From Takakia lepidozioides (taxonomy: Eukaryota > Plantae > Bryophyta): a DNA stretch of 64,000 nucleotides. The stretch covers positions 71,176,001 through 71,240,000 of the forward strand of contig CM060732.1 of assembly GCA_030704615.1 (NCBI GenBank), in the 5' to 3' direction. Within the stretch, counting starts at the first letter, position 1; the number at the start of each line of letters is the position of its first letter. The notes below the pieces were generated by a model that was not told the origin of the DNA, did not search any database, and was given only the letters and a program-made list of their open reading frames with translations. The translations under genes and the position numbers were made by a program. Below, one piece after another: positions 63,911-64,000 of the stretch.

Positions 63911-64000
63911 CGAGCACGGGCCAACTGATGCATGTCTGCTGCCCGGACTGAATGTTATTCTCTTATTAAATCCCGGGCAGTACTGATGCCTCGTCATCCA

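Overview
Nuclear DNA of a land plant, most likely a non-seed lineage such as a moss or lycophyte (inferred from gene and TE style). Two host genes look intact: an intronless ACT-domain Raf-like STY kinase (31047-32846, -) and an 11-exon peroxisomal glycolate/2-hydroxy-acid oxidase (36403-42823, +). A PLS-E-DYW PPR editing factor (27825-30068, -) carries two frameshifts. Much of the rest is TE-derived: a degenerate L1, five copies of a (CT)-tailed LINE family (one 5'-inverted and interrupted by a solo LTR), a piggyBac transposase plus a TTAA-flanked piggyBac MITE, tRNA-like SINE heads, and fragments of host genes (RTEL1, CUL4, RGP/UAM). The most unusual unit is a degenerate element of about 9 kb (~3820-12795). 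It has a Sola-like/DUF7869-type DDD transposase gene with En/Spm-Tnp1-like N-terminal modules, and divergently oriented FCP1/NIF HAD-phosphatase-like cargo that is fused in frame to an RTEL1 fragment. It also has a telomere-motif repeat array and seven dispersed copies of a 24-bp palindrome (AACSTCSACTG-NN-CAGTSGASGTT) in apparently non-coding positions. All calls were made by eye with no database searches.
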